Of a stretch of DNA of 64,000 nt, positions 34,169-45,616 are shown one piece after another (position 1 is the stretch's first letter; the number at the start of each line of letters is the position of its first letter). Made by a program: the position numbers and the translations under genes. Source of the DNA: Ancylobacter sp. (lineage in GTDB: Bacteria > Pseudomonadota > Alphaproteobacteria > Rhizobiales > Xanthobacteraceae); assembly GCF_965279025.1 (NCBI RefSeq), contig NZ_OZ257132.1:1993318-2057317 (forward strand). Direction: 5' to 3'. The notes beneath the pieces were generated by a model that saw nothing but the letters and a program-made list of their open reading frames with translations, was not told where the DNA came from and did not search any database.

Positions 34169-37100
34169 ATGGGGTATTTGGCCCCCAACCTTGTAGTTTG
34201 CCCGACCGTAAACAGCAGGGGAACTGGCTGGGTCGAGGATAATATCGTCCTTGACTTCAACGGGAGCGGGACCGACGACTTTATCTGGTCGCAGTCATAT
34301 CGTGGAAACTGCGAGGGCCTAACTCAATGCCCGCATCTACGAGGTGGGTCAGATGTCTACAGCATTGACCACACCAAGCCCACGAACAAGCTGAGCATAA
34401 AATCGGTCACCATTCCAACGCCGTGGTATCAGTTCAGTCTCAGGGATCCCGTTCCGTATAAACACAATATCGTCGTCGGCGACTTCAACGGCGATGGCGG
34501 CGAAGACATATTTATGACGAGTGATGCCGTCGGCGTTACAACGGGGTCCGCCATTCGGCTGTTCAGCTATAATGGGTCTGCCTTGAGCGGACGAACCGTT
34601 ACAATCGCCGGTCTGTCCACATTGCCGGCGAGTTCGTTTCCTTCACCGTCATTTGCTGCGCCAGACATTGACGGCGATGGCCGGTCGGAACTCGCGCTCG
34701 GCACGAAACTCTATAACTTGAACGCGGCGGGCGGGAACTTCGCTCCCAGAGCAACGATCCAGAAGGCCACGTATTCTGCCGATTTCAATGGCGATGGGAA
34801 GTCGGATCGCATTGCGATGGGTGCCGGCGGCGGCACAGCCCTTTCTATTGCGTACTCAAACGGCGCGACGTTCGACCCCCCCGTAGACGTTGTCAGTCTC
34901 AACTACGATTCACCTCGTATCACCCTTGGGGACTTCGATGGCGACGGCCGGGCCGATATCGCTTTCCAGCCCAGGAGCCAGACCTATTCGAACCTCACCA
35001 CCCGCGTTTATCTTTCGCGTGGGTCGCAGCCTTGGGAGCGGATCGATCTGCCTCCCATCTATGGAGCGGCCGACTTTAATGGCGACGGGCGGGCGGACAT
35101 CATCAGGGCTGCCGCCACTCAAGTCTACAACTCGACGAGGGTGAACTATTCGCTCGACGGCCGGGTGTATCTGGCGACCTTTGGCGTGCCGGACCTCCTG
35201 ACCTCCGTCACCACACCTTACGGCGCCATGACCAGCGTGACCTATGCGCCGTCCTCGGAATGGACGCGCAGCAATCGGCTGCCCTCGACCTACCAGACGG
35301 TGAAGGAAGTCTCGGTCTTCGACGGCCGGGCCACCACCTCGACGACAAAATACGCCTATGCCGGCGCGCTGTATGACTTTGCCGAGCGGCGCTTCCTCGG
35401 CTATCGCACCGCCACCATGACGCTGCCCTGCGAGAGCTGGGAGACGGCCTGCCCGACGCGTGAGTACACCTTCCGCCAGGATGTGGCGTCCGCCGGCAAG
35501 ATCGAGCGGCTGGTCTACCGGGACGACAGCGGCGTCGTGTTGCGCGAGGATGGCGAGAGCTACGAGGACATCCGGCTGGACCTGCCGCCGTTCTTCTCCC
35601 GCAACACCGCCTCCGAGCGGGTGATGTGGGCCGGCGGCCAGTCCCGCACCGCCCGCACCGAGCGGGTCTTCGATGTCTACGGCAATGTGACGGCGCTGCA
35701 GGAGCGCGGCCTCGTCGGCGTGGCGCAGGACGATCGCTCGACGGTAAAGGCCTTCGCGCCGAACAGCACCGCCTACATCGTCGACAGGCCACGCGAGGAG
35801 CTGCGCTATGGCTCTGGGGGCACCTCGAGCACGCCGCTGGCGCGCAGCCTGGTGTTCTATGACGGGGCCACGGTGAACGCGACGCCGCCGGTGCGCGGCG
35901 ACCCGACGAAGATGCGGCGCTGGCTCGGCCCGGCGGATAACTGGGTGGAGCGAACCGCCGAGTATGACAGCTACGGCAACCGCACCGCCGAGATCGACGA
36001 GGTCGGCAACCGCACCGAACATGTCTTCGATCCCGTCCATCACCTGCTGGAGGTCGAGACCAAGCAGCCGCCCTATTTTGACGGCGATACCCGCTTCCGC
36101 ACCACCACCGCGTGGAACCCGACCTGCCGCACCGCGGCGGTCGAGACCGACATCAACCTGCAGCCGACCACCCGCTCCTATGACGCGCTGTGCCGGCTGA
36201 CCCGACTGGTGCCGCCCGGCAATGACTTCCGGGGCTATGAGTACCGAGACATCGGCAATCCGGCGAGCCAGGGGATCATCGTCACCCGGCCCGGCGCAAC
36301 GGCGGCGGGCGATGCCTGGACCGGCTACTTCTTCGACGGGCTCTCCCGCGCCTATCTGACCTCGTCGCGCGGGCCGGCGGCGAACCAGGCCATCGTGCTG
36401 CAGCGCAGCTTCACCACGCGCGGCGAGATCGCCACCCTCTCTCTGCCCTATTACCAGAACGAGACGCCGCAGTTCTCGAACATGACCTATGACGGCCTCG
36501 ACCGTCAGACCCTCACCGTCCTGCCAGACGCGGCAACCATCACGCAGAGCTACGGCCTCAGCGCCGCGCCGCTCGGCCTTGTCAGCGCGACCACCACCGA
36601 CCCCAACGGCAATGTCGCGGTGGTCCACACCGACGCCTTCGACAACAAGGTCCGCGAGGACCGCATGCTCGGCGGCTTCGCCGTCTCCACCAACTATGGC
36701 TGGGATGGGCTTAACCGGCTCGCCACCATCACCGATCCGATCGGGGCGCCGTGGTCCTATCAGTACGACACGCTGTCCCGCCGAACCGTCGCACAGGATC
36801 CCGATGCCGGGGCGTCGTCTTACAGCTATGACGCCGCCGGCCGAATGCTGTCCCGCACCGATGCACGCGCCACTGTGACCACCTTCACCTATGATCGGCT
36901 CTCGCGCGTCACCTCGCAGACGGTGGCGCCAAGCGGCGGGCCCTCCGAGGCCACAACGTCCACCTATGACGAGGCGCGCGCCGGCTTCTACAATGTCGGC
37001 AAGCTCACCACACAGACCAAGGCCAACATCTCCACCACCCGCACCGACTACGACATGGCCGGCCGGGCGGTACGCGAGCAATGGACGGTGCCGCCCTCAG

Positions 37101-38983
37101 GCACAGGGTCAGAGACCTTCACGCTGGAGACCCGCTATGACGAGGGCGGGCGCCTGCGCGGCAAGAGCTTTCCCAATGGCGACGTCGTCGGCACGCCGGC
37201 CAATCCGTGGACCTATAACGAGGCCGGCCGGCTGCTCACCGTCCCCGGCCATGTCAGCGCCTTCCTCTATGACGCCGCCGGCAAGACGACCTCGGCGACC
37301 TACGCCAATGGCGTGACCACCGCCTTCGCCTATTCGCTGCCGCGCGGCTGGCTCGACCAGGTCACCACGGCGAAGGCCGGTACCACGCTGTTCCAGGCGA
37401 TCTATGCGCACGATGCCGGCGGGCGCATCACCTCGGTGGCCACGTCAGGCACCGCGCCGACCGTGCCGGGCGACAGCTGGACCTATAGCTATGACGACCT
37501 CGACCGGCTGATCACCGCGGACAATACCGACGACAGCCGCGACCAGAGCTTCACTTATGACAATGCCGGCCGCCTGACCTCAGCCACAGGGGTCGGCGCC
37601 TACACCTATCCCGCGCCGACCGCGCCTCGCCCGCATGCGCCGCTCACCATCGACGGCGCGGCGCTGAGCTGGGATGCCGGCGGCAACCTCACCAATGGGC
37701 GCGGACGCACCCTCGCCTGGGACGGCGAGAACCGTCCTGCCACCATCACGCTCGCCGGCGCCAGCGTGGCGATGACCTACGGCCCCGAGGGCGAGCGGCT
37801 AAAGAAGACCACCGCGACGGAGATCCCGCCGGGCTCGGCCTGCACATCCCCGGCGCCGCAGAAGGTGACGCTCACCGTTACCGGCGATATCGAGCGGGTG
37901 ACCTCCTATTCGTGCGAGGGCACGCCTGCCGCCTGGACGGCGAAGACCTCCTGGCGGCTCGATGTCCACGCCGACACGCAGCTGGTGACGCCGGATGCCG
38001 GCGGCGCCACCGCGCCGGTGTTCCTGCATCGCGACCATCTCGCGAGCGTCAAGCTCACCACCGACGCCACCGGCTGCGTCGCCAGCCGCTCGGCCTATCG
38101 CCCCTATGGCGACCGGACGCAGGCGGAAGCCCCATCCGTCCCCGGCTGCTCGCCCGCCGCGCCCGCAGAGCCGCGCGGCTTCATCGGCGAGCGCCACGAT
38201 CCGGAGACCGGCCTGCTCTATCTCCACGCCCGTTATTACGACCCGGTGATCGGGCGGTTCCTCTCCCCCGACACCCTAGACCCGATCGAGCCCGGCGTCG
38301 GCACCAACCGCTACGCCTATGCCGACAATGATCCGGTCAACAAGAGCGATCCGAACGGGCATCAAACCAGCGATAATGCTTCAGACCGCACTACAGGTGT
38401 AGGCAGCGAGGGCGAGGGAAAAGAGGGCGCCAACAACGCAAACGAAAACGCCGACTCCTCTAACTCAAACCAGACAGAAACTGAGCTCGACACGATAACG
38501 GTCGAGAAGGCGCGCAAAGCTAAATTGGGGGGGGCTTCCGGCAAAGGAACGACCCAACTCGCGATGATGGCGCGGCGCAATAAAAGTTTGCCTCCAGAGC
38601 TGGACAACTTCTCGGGCGGCGGTGGGCCTCCCTTGGTTAGTTCGCGAGGAGCCGGCCCGGTAAGCGGGAGGTGGGGCGGGCGATATTACAAAGGAGATGG
38701 AGGCGGATGGACAAATGCGTTGGAGCACATACTTTACCGACATGGGCCCAATACCGAAGCTACGGGAGTAAGTAAATTCGCGCCAAATACGACCACGAGG
38801 GACATAAAAAGCATGGTTGACGAGACATTAAGAGTTGGCAAATCCACTTTCACGGGTCGCGGAGGCTATACGATTGAACATGATTTCGGTCGAAATATCG
38901 GAATAAGAATAGATGGCACTCCTACAAATAATCTACGCGTTCATGTTAGAGATGGTGAAATCGATACAGCTTATCCATTTTAA
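34169..38983 (+). CDS. TcB/TcC-like FG-GAP (VCBS) + RHS/YD-repeat polymorphic toxin, N-terminally truncated by the IS
   Basis: FG-GAP repeats ('[12 protein letters not shown]', '[11 protein letters not shown]', '[12 protein letters not shown]', '[13 protein letters not shown]', '[12 protein letters not shown]'). A TcdB-mid-like '[19 protein letters not shown]'. Many YD repeats. RHS core end '[15 protein letters not shown]...[19 protein letters not shown]'. Native sequence begins at 34098, and the first native in-frame ATG is at 34169. Confidence 0.85.
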   Translation: MGYLAPNLVVCPTVNSRGTGWVEDNIVLDFNGSGTDDFIWSQSYRGNCEGLTQCPHLRGGSDVYSIDHTKPTNKLSIKSVTIPTPWYQFSLRDPVPYKHNIVVGDFNGDGGEDIFMTSDAVGVTTGSAIRLFSYNGSALSGRTVTIAGLSTLPASSFPSPSFAAPDIDGDGRSELALGTKLYNLNAAGGNFAPRATIQKATYSADFNGDGKSDRIAMGAGGGTALSIAYSNGATFDPPVDVVSLNYDSPRITLGDFDGDGRADIAFQPRSQTYSNLTTRVYLSRGSQPWERIDLPPIYGAADFNGDGRADIIRAAATQVYNSTRVNYSLDGRVYLATFGVPDLLTSVTTPYGAMTSVTYAPSSEWTRSNRLPSTYQTVKEVSVFDGRATTSTTKYAYAGALYDFAERRFLGYRTATMTLPCESWETACPTREYTFRQDVASAGKIERLVYRDDSGVVLREDGESYEDIRLDLPPFFSRNTASERVMWAGGQSRTARTERVFDVYGNVTALQERGLVGVAQDDRSTVKAFAPNSTAYIVDRPREELRYGSGGTSSTPLARSLVFYDGATVNATPPVRGDPTKMRRWLGPADNWVERTAEYDSYGNRTAEIDEVGNRTEHVFDPVHHLLEVETKQPPYFDGDTRFRTTTAWNPTCRTAAVETDINLQPTTRSYDALCRLTRLVPPGNDFRGYEYRDIGNPASQGIIVTRPGATAAGDAWTGYFFDGLSRAYLTSSRGPAANQAIVLQRSFTTRGEIATLSLPYYQNETPQFSNMTYDGLDRQTLTVLPDAATITQSYGLSAAPLGLVSATTTDPNGNVAVVHTDAFDNKVREDRMLGGFAVSTNYGWDGLNRLATITDPIGAPWSYQYDTLSRRTVAQDPDAGASSYSYDAAGRMLSRTDARATVTTFTYDRLSRVTSQTVAPSGGPSEATTSTYDEARAGFYNVGKLTTQTKANISTTRTDYDMAGRAVREQWTVPPSGTGSETFTLETRYDEGGRLRGKSFPNGDVVGTPANPWTYNEAGRLLTVPGHVSAFLYDAAGKTTSATYANGVTTAFAYSLPRGWLDQVTTAKAGTTLFQAIYAHDAGGRITSVATSGTAPTVPGDSWTYSYDDLDRLITADNTDDSRDQSFTYDNAGRLTSATGVGAYTYPAPTAPRPHAPLTIDGAALSWDAGGNLTNGRGRTLAWDGENRPATITLAGASVAMTYGPEGERLKKTTATEIPPGSACTSPAPQKVTLTVTGDIERVTSYSCEGTPAAWTAKTSWRLDVHADTQLVTPDAGGATAPVFLHRDHLASVKLTTDATGCVASRSAYRPYGDRTQAEAPSVPGCSPAAPAEPRGFIGERHDPETGLLYLHARYYDPVIGRFLSPDTLDPIEPGVGTNRYAYADNDPVNKSDPNGHQTSDNASDRTTGVGSEGEGKEGANNANENADSSNSNQTETELDTITVEKARKAKLGGASGKGTTQLAMMARRNKSLPPELDNFSGGGGPPLVSSRGAGPVSGRWGGRYYKGDGGGWTNALEHILYRHGPNTEATGVSKFAPNTTTRDIKSMVDETLRVGKSTFTGRGGYTIEHDFGRNIGIRIDGTPTNNLRVHVRDGEIDTAYPF

Positions 38984-38998
38984 ATAAAGGAGATAAAT

Positions 38999-39241
38999 GT
39001 GATTGACCTCTTTTTGTCTGTCTTTTTAAGAGAGGAGGTGACTCCATATGTAAAGAAGTTGCTTTGCTCTAAAATAAACAATAGAACAACCATGATAATC
39101 GATAAAATAGGACTAAATAAGTATGATATAACGATAGATTTTGAGAAAAATACCGTTCTAATAGAAGAAATAACGTTTATCGAATTCGCTGAAGTTCGAG
39201 AAATGTCTATTTCAGAATTCCTTGAAATGCTTAAGTGTTGA
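38999..39241 (+). CDS. putative cognate immunity protein for the RHS C-terminal toxin
   Basis: 80 aa at about 27% GC, starting 16 nt after the toxin stop. AAGGAG lies 6 nt before the GTG start. No family recognised, so the call rests on position. Confidence 0.55.
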   Translation: MIDLFLSVFLREEVTPYVKKLLCSKINNRTTMIIDKIGLNKYDITIDFEKNTVLIEEITFIEFAEVREMSISEFLEMLKC

Positions 39242-40090
39242 TTGCGTTTTTTGTCCGACGTAGCCGACGAATAGGGGGGGGCTTATAATTGGACAAGATC
39301 GGCTGAGTGCGGTGATTATTGGCATTATTCTACCCAAACATCTAATCGATTCCCGCATCGGCATGAATGCCGCGAAAGCTCTGGCCGAGGTTTCCTCGCC
39401 CCATGCGCGGCGCGATGGTGGTGGAGTTCACCGCGCTGATCTCGGACTGCAGCTGACGGATCTTCGCAAGCGCTTGGTCGATCGAGGCGGCATCGATCGC
39501 CGGTGCCACGCGGGTGGCCGCGACGTCGTTCAGCGCGGCTTTCGCCTCGCCTGCGGTGCTCGTGAGCTCGCGTAGCGCGGCGCCGCCCTCGAAAGCATCT
39601 GAGCGATCCCGCGGAGAGCTGCGGCAGCATGGGCCTGTCGTAGGATGCGGGACGCACTCTGATGGCAGGGCCTTCCAATGCGCGCCGTCTTGGCAGGTTA
39701 TGCCGTCTTAGGGAGATCATGTCGCCGGATAACAGGTGTTTTGCGGCAGGCCACGCGTCTCCCCATGTGGCCGTCACCGGCACCCTGCGGAAGTGGCCGA
39801 CAATCCCTGCCGCATTGGCCAACTGGCCAGCAACGGCAGGCGAGGGTTATTCGGCAGTGATCGGCCAAAAGCCATCTTCTTTCGGCTGCGCGGAGCGGCT
39901 TGATCGCTGGGCTCCCTCCGGCTGTCGTCGCGCATCGACCGAGTGGCAACTAGGGATCTGGGGGGCAACGCCCTCGCAGGACCGAGCGTTGCAGAGACCG
40001 CGGGAGTTCCGCGGCTGCACCCAAGGGACAAAATCCCAGGGGAGGAGACGTCGAGATCAACCGGCGCACGGTGCGCCCAAGGGGATCTCA

Positions 40091-40378
40091 ATGACACTCG
40101 CCTCGCTGCTTCTCGTCATCCTCGCCTCCTTCATCCACGCCGCGTGGAACCTGCTCGCCAAGCGCGCGGCCTCGGTCGGGCCGGCGTTCGTCTTCGCCTA
40201 TAATCTGGCCGCTCTCCAAACTGGCGCCTCGCTCACTCTGGTCGCGCCGATGCGCGAGATGTCGATGATGGTGGGCGCACTGATGGGGATGTTGATCCTC
40301 AAGGAGGCGGTGGGGCCGTGGCGGCTGGCAGGATGCGGCGTCCTCATCGCGGGCGTCATTGTGCTTGTAGCAGCATGA
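40091..40378 (+). pseudogene. EamA/DMT-family transporter remnant (first TM helix joined to the last TM helices)
   Basis: 'LLLVILASFIHAAWNLLAKRA' joined to 'MMVGALMGMLILKEAVGPWRLAGCGVLIAGVIVLV'. It is only 95 aa against roughly 290 aa for this family, which suggests an internal deletion. Confidence 0.35.
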
Positions 40379-40668
40379 GTTACGGTGCGAGCCAAGGCAG
40401 GACGATGCCGCTGATTATGCGGCGGTCGATATGCGGCTTGTCGCGCGTATCCGTCGACAAATGCGGCGCTGTCCGACGCAACACTCCGTGAGTGGCTCAG
40501 CCTCCGCTCCCGCCACTAAGGGCAAATACAACCGCCAGCGCAAACTCTGAATAGCAATTGAGGGGGCAGCATTTTACGCGACCCGCAATGCGGTTGTCAC
40601 TATCCCGACCCGGTTGTCCTGTTCGGCCGCCCTAGTTTGCGTTCCGAATTAACCAACCGATTCTCGGT

Positions 40669-42336
40669 TCAGGCCGTGCGCTGCGCGAGATAGGCGTGGA
40701 TCTGCGACACGACAGCCGCCCCCTCGCCCACGGCCGCCGCGACACGCTTGGTGGAGCCGGCGCGCACGTCGCCAATGGCGAACACGCCGGGCCGGCTGGT
40801 CTCCAGCGGCAGGATCGGCGTCCCGGCCGCGCCGCCGGCGTCTGGTCCCGTCAGGATGAAACCCTGAGGATCGACCGCGACGGACCCGTCGAGCCATACC
40901 GAATTGGGATCCGCGCCGATGAACAGGAAAAGGTGCTTCACCGGCAGCCGCAATGTCTCTCCCGTATCGCGGTTGCGGCAAGTCACCGCCGTCAGTCCCT
41001 GCGTGCGGTCGCCTTCCAGCGTATCGATCTCGGTACGGGTATGGATCTCGACATTGGGAAGCGCGGCGATGCGATCGATGAGATAGCGCGACATCGAGGC
41101 TTCGAGCCCCCCAGCGCGAATGATGAGATGCAGGCGCTCCACCTTCGGGGCGAGGAAAGCAACAGCCTGCCCCGCCGAATTGCCGCCGCCGACCAGCACC
41201 ACTTCCTGGCCACCGCAGAGCTTGGCTTCGACGGGCGAGGCCCAGTAGGCGACGCCGGCGCCCTCGAATTCCGACAGGTTCGCGATGTCCGGGCGCCGGT
41301 AGCGCGCGCCGGTGGCGATCACCACCACCCGCGCGCGGACCGTCCCATGATTGGAAAGATGCAGCCGATGGGATTGGTCCTCGCCCACCTCTCCGTCGAG
41401 ATGCGCAGCCGCCAGCGGGATGGCGAGTTCCGCTCCGAATTTCTGTGCCTGGTGATAGGCGCGCGCGGCCAGCGCCAAGCCCGATATGCCGGTGGGAAAG
41501 CCAAGGTAATTCTCGATCCGGGCGGAGGCTCCCGCCTGTCCGCCCATGGCACGCTGGTCCAGCACCAGCACCGAGAGGCCTTCCGACGCCGCATAGACGG
41601 CGGTGGCGAGGCCGGCCGGGCCGGCCCCGACAATGGCCACGTCATAGAGGGTATCGGGCTTCAGTTCGGGAAGCATGCCCAGGCAGGTGGCGACCTCGGC
41701 GATGGACGGGCGCTTGAGCACCGTGCCGGTCGGGCACACCAGCAGCGGCAGTTCATCCGGCAGAATGCCCAGCCGCTCGACGACGGCGCGGCCTTCATCG
41801 CTCGTGGTGGAATCGAGAGCGGTGAAGGGGTAGCCGTTTCGCGTCAGCAGACCTTCGATCATGACGCGGTTGGTCTCGCCCTGCCGGCCGATCAGCACCG
41901 AGCCGGCGGTGTCGCCCTCCAGCAGGCCAACGCGGCGCAGGATCAGCGCGCGCATCAAAACCTCTCCCACCTCAGCCGAGCCGATGGCGAGGGCGCGAAG
42001 ATGGGCGGCGTCGAGAGGTAACGCCCGGCAACCCTCCGGGCCAGCGGTGGCGGCAGCCAGAGAGGGGCGCCCGGCCAGCTGGCTGATCTCGCCTGTGAAC
42101 TGGCCGGCCGCCTGCACGACGATCGGCTTTTCATGGCCGAGCCCATCGCGACGCACGACCACGATCGAACCTTGCACGATCAGCCAGGTGGGCACCCCCA
42201 CATCGCCGACATTGAACAGCGGCGCGCCGGGCTCGAACCGCCCTTCCGGCCCGCTGGCAAAGCGCATCATCGTTTCCATCTGCACCGTGTTGAGTACCGG
42301 AAACATCTGCTGCCTGCGCTCGTCGATGAGGCTCAT
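40669..42336 (-). CDS. cyclic-nucleotide-binding domain fused to a thioredoxin-reductase-like FAD oxidoreductase
   Basis: cNMP-like N-terminus 'LFNVGDVGVPTWLIVQGSIVVVRRD...GEISQLAGRPS', then 'YDVAIVGAGPAGLATAVYAASEG', 'VLVGGGNSAGQAV' and 'GVFAIGDVR'. Start at ATG 42336. Confidence 0.8.
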   Translation of the reverse strand: MSLIDERRQQMFPVLNTVQMETMMRFASGPEGRFEPGAPLFNVGDVGVPTWLIVQGSIVVVRRDGLGHEKPIVVQAAGQFTGEISQLAGRPSLAAATAGPEGCRALPLDAAHLRALAIGSAEVGEVLMRALILRRVGLLEGDTAGSVLIGRQGETNRVMIEGLLTRNGYPFTALDSTTSDEGRAVVERLGILPDELPLLVCPTGTVLKRPSIAEVATCLGMLPELKPDTLYDVAIVGAGPAGLATAVYAASEGLSVLVLDQRAMGGQAGASARIENYLGFPTGISGLALAARAYHQAQKFGAELAIPLAAAHLDGEVGEDQSHRLHLSNHGTVRARVVVIATGARYRRPDIANLSEFEGAGVAYWASPVEAKLCGGQEVVLVGGGNSAGQAVAFLAPKVERLHLIIRAGGLEASMSRYLIDRIAALPNVEIHTRTEIDTLEGDRTQGLTAVTCRNRDTGETLRLPVKHLFLFIGADPNSVWLDGSVAVDPQGFILTGPDAGGAAGTPILPLETSRPGVFAIGDVRAGSTKRVAAAVGEGAAVVSQIHAYLAQRTA

Positions 42337-42432
42337 GGCACGTACTCTCGCTGGATTTCGCTGGGCGGGCTCACGGCCTGCGGGTAAGGGCGGCCGACGT
42401 GGCAAGGGCGCCAACGCCGGCAGTCCGATGTG

Positions 42433-44163
42433 TCAACGTGGCAGGAGGTTCTGCTTGGCGAGGTCGATGACCTCGTCGCCGCGCCCGCTCATCACCGCGC
42501 GGATCATCCACAGGCCGAACCCCTTGGCCTGCTCGATGCCGATGGTTGGCGGCATGGAGAGCTCCTGCTTGGCGGTCACGACATCCAGCACTGCCGGGCC
42601 ATCATGTGCCAGCATCTGCGCGACGGCGCCCGGCAGGTCGCCGGGGTCCTCGACCCGGACGCCGAGAATGCCCATGGCGCTGGCCATGGCCGCGAAATTC
42701 GGATTCTTCAGGTCGGTGCCGAGCCCGACAAAGCCCGCCGCCTTCATCTCAAGCGCGACGAAGCCGAGCACGCCATTGTTGAAGATCACGACCTTCACCG
42801 GCAGCCCCTCCTGCGTGAGGGTGATGAGATCACCCATCAGCATGGAGAACCCGCCATCGCCGGAGAGGGAGATGACCTGTCGCTTGGGCTGCGACGCCTG
42901 GATGCCGATCGCCTGCGGCATCGCATTGGCCATGGAGCCGTGCGCCAGCGAGCCCACGAGCCTGCGCTTGCCGTTCATCGCGAGATAGCGCGCCGCCCAG
43001 ATCGTCGGCGTGCCGACATCGAAGGTGAAGGCGGCATCCTCGGCGGCGAGGTCGCTGACGACCTTGGCGAGATATTGAGGGTGGATCGGCTTGTTGCCGG
43101 GCGTCCCGACGGCCAGATCGTCCAGCCCCTTTCGCGAGCGCGTGTAGCGGGCGAGACTGTCGTCGAGATGGCGGCGGTCCGTCTTGGGGGTAAGAAGCGG
43201 CAGCAGCGCCGCCAGCGTCGCCCGCACATCGCCGACAATGCCGAGGTCGAGCTTGCAGCGCCGGCCGAGCTGGGCCGCCCGGATATCGACCTGCGCGATC
43301 TTTATGCCGGTCGGCAGGAACTGCTTGTAGGGAAAATCGGTGCCCAGCATCAGCAGCACATCGCAGGAATGCATCGCCTCATAGCCGGAGGCGAAGCCGA
43401 TGAAACCGGTCATGCCGACATCGTAAGGGTTGTCGTACTCGACGCATTCCTTGCCGCCGAGCGCATGCGCGATGGGGCTTTTGAGCGCCTCGGCCAGCGC
43501 CATCAACTCAGGGTGGGCGCCGGCGCAGCCCCGTCCGCAGAACAGGGTCACACGACCTGCATCGTTCAGGAGATCGGCGAGCGCCTCGATCTGAGAGACC
43601 CCCGGCGTCACCACCGGGACCGGGGGCAGCAGCCCCGCCGCCGGTGAGACGCCGCGTTCCGGTGCGGCGCGCAGCGCCACATCGCCGGGGATGACGACGA
43701 CAGCCACGCCGCGCTCGCCGACCGCCGCGCGGATCGCGTTTTCGAGCACATAGGGCATCTGCGAGGGATCGGACACCATCTCGCAATAGACGCTGCATTC
43801 GCGGAAAAGGTTCTGCGGGTGCGTTTCCTGGAAATAGCCGCCGCCGATTTCCGAGGAGGGAATCTGCGCGGCGATAGCCAGCACGGGGGTGCGGGTCCGC
43901 TGGGCATCGAACAGGCCATTGATCAGGTGCAGATTGCCCGGCCCGCACGAGCCGGCGCACACGGCGAGCTTGCCCGTCACCTGGGATTCCCCGGCTGCCG
44001 CGAAGGCCGCCGCTTCCTCGTGTCGGACATGCACCCATTTGATGGCGCTGTCCCGCAGGGCTTCCGTCATGCCGTTCAGGCTGTCGCCGACAACGCCATA
44101 AATGCGTTCGACGCCCGCCTGATCGAGCGTATCGATGATGAGTTCCGCGATGTTGCGTGACAT
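42433..44163 (-). CDS. poxB: thiamine-diphosphate-dependent pyruvate dehydrogenase (quinone) / pyruvate oxidase
   Basis: '[27 protein letters not shown]', '[42 protein letters not shown]' and '[14 protein letters not shown]'. Start choice is between 44163 and 44181. Confidence 0.8.
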   Translation of the reverse strand: MSRNIAELIIDTLDQAGVERIYGVVGDSLNGMTEALRDSAIKWVHVRHEEAAAFAAAGESQVTGKLAVCAGSCGPGNLHLINGLFDAQRTRTPVLAIAAQIPSSEIGGGYFQETHPQNLFRECSVYCEMVSDPSQMPYVLENAIRAAVGERGVAVVVIPGDVALRAAPERGVSPAAGLLPPVPVVTPGVSQIEALADLLNDAGRVTLFCGRGCAGAHPELMALAEALKSPIAHALGGKECVEYDNPYDVGMTGFIGFASGYEAMHSCDVLLMLGTDFPYKQFLPTGIKIAQVDIRAAQLGRRCKLDLGIVGDVRATLAALLPLLTPKTDRRHLDDSLARYTRSRKGLDDLAVGTPGNKPIHPQYLAKVVSDLAAEDAAFTFDVGTPTIWAARYLAMNGKRRLVGSLAHGSMANAMPQAIGIQASQPKRQVISLSGDGGFSMLMGDLITLTQEGLPVKVVIFNNGVLGFVALEMKAAGFVGLGTDLKNPNFAAMASAMGILGVRVEDPGDLPGAVAQMLAHDGPAVLDVVTAKQELSMPPTIGIEQAKGFGLWMIRAVMSGRGDEVIDLAKQNLLPR

Positions 44164-44664
44164 TGGCCTGGTCTCACCCATGCGTTGGCGCTAGGCGCGC
44201 CAGGAAAAAGGGAATCTGCCTATCAGCCCTGCGAACAGAGGTGCGCGATGAGCCGAAGTGCGATCCAAGCTAGCGCGCAGTGGGAGGCGAACCAGACCGA
44301 CAAACGTGTCGGCGGACCATACCTAGGGATCGTGCTGTGACGCTCAGTGGAGCCTGACCTGTGGCGTGTGGGCTGTTACGTCCTCAGAGCCTACGAAGCC
44401 AAGCAAAGCCTATCCGTTGGTAGGCAGAGCCGGGGTGGGCAATCTGAGCCTAGGTATAGGTGCGTCCTTCGGCACCAGAAGCGACGAAAATCCGCCCATG
44501 CCAGCACAGCTGCTTGCCTATGAAGCCCCTCGTCGATTTGTGCCGTTCGCTCAAAGGGACCGAGGGCTCTTAGCCGAACTCGTGCCCCTGCAAATCGTCA
44601 TCGCGATGATGATGATGGCGTAAGGGCTGGACGGCAGAACTCAAAATCGCCGGCTCGCTGTATT

Positions 44665-45138
44665 TTATGCATCACCTGAGCGACTACGTGCGGCGGGTGA
44701 TGCGATGGACGGGCGATCGGACCCGTCAGGCGGCAATCTCTTGACGATTTTTACTTGGTTAGCCTTAGGCGTGGTGGTATCGGCCGACGTCGCCATTGTT
44801 CGCTCTCCAGCGAATGCCGGCAGGTCGGGCTGCTCGGAGAGCAGCTGCCAGACGCGCTTGGCGCATTCGACGAGGTGGTCGCAGGAAGACGTGATGGCGG
44901 GGTCATTCATCCCGGAATTGATGGAGTTGCGGCGCAGGGCCGCCGCTTGAAGCATCATCCCGGTAAGCGCATTGGCAATTTGGCCGCGCTGATCGGCAGC
45001 CGCGCGTGAAAGAGCCTCTTCCACTTCGTCCCCCTTCCAATCGGTGGCGTCCTCACTGTGCAGGGCGGTTGTTTTGTCCACGATCGACGAGACCGGACAT
45101 TCCGAGCGCGCCGTCAGACGCCATTGAGAAGGTTTCAT
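44665..45138 (-). CDS. hypothetical protein
   Basis: A 157-aa ORF in a region of intermediate GC. No motifs recognised, and its coding status is uncertain. Confidence 0.3.
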   Translation of the reverse strand: MKPSQWRLTARSECPVSSIVDKTTALHSEDATDWKGDEVEEALSRAAADQRGQIANALTGMMLQAAALRRNSINSGMNDPAITSSCDHLVECAKRVWQLLSEQPDLPAFAGERTMATSADTTTPKANQVKIVKRLPPDGSDRPSIASPAARSRSGDA

Positions 45139-45616
45139 GCCAATGGCCTTCAGGTATCCTGCGTTCCCAAAGAATGACGTAGCAGTGTCGCTCGGCGGCG
45201 CGTGTTAAAATTCGCAAATCCGCCTTCCCTGGCGAGCGGCTCAGAGGAAGCGCCGGCCTATTTGAAGGGGTGAGTCCGCGCCGCTTCGCTCGACAGCTCC
45301 TTGGCCTCCCGCACCACCACCTGATCGACCTCACTCGCGCAGCGACGGATCAGCGGCGAAAGCAACACATCGGCCTCCATGGCGCGTCCCTGCGTTCGCC
45401 ACAGGCGGGCAAGGCTGACCGCCCCGAGCCAAACCTGCCTCCTCTGAAAGGAAGCCTTGAATCAGTCAAACAGCGATTTGGGAATCCCTTTTGTCAACAA
45501 AGCCTAGCTTGACGCTAGATGCCGACAGTCTGCTTCCGGCCCCAAACCGGCCATTCGTCCTCATTGCAGCGAACCCCTGCCTCCGCCGCCACGGAGCTGT
45601 CTTGTCGCTCGGCGCC

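Noticed and set aside
39325-39822. A 165-aa minus-strand ORF and a 238-aa plus-strand ORF (39662..40378) downstream of the immunity gene.
   Set aside because: Both have Arg-rich, low-complexity translations. A different minus-strand frame looks like a decapitated real gene. Only the last 95 codons of the plus-strand ORF resemble a protein, the EamA remnant.
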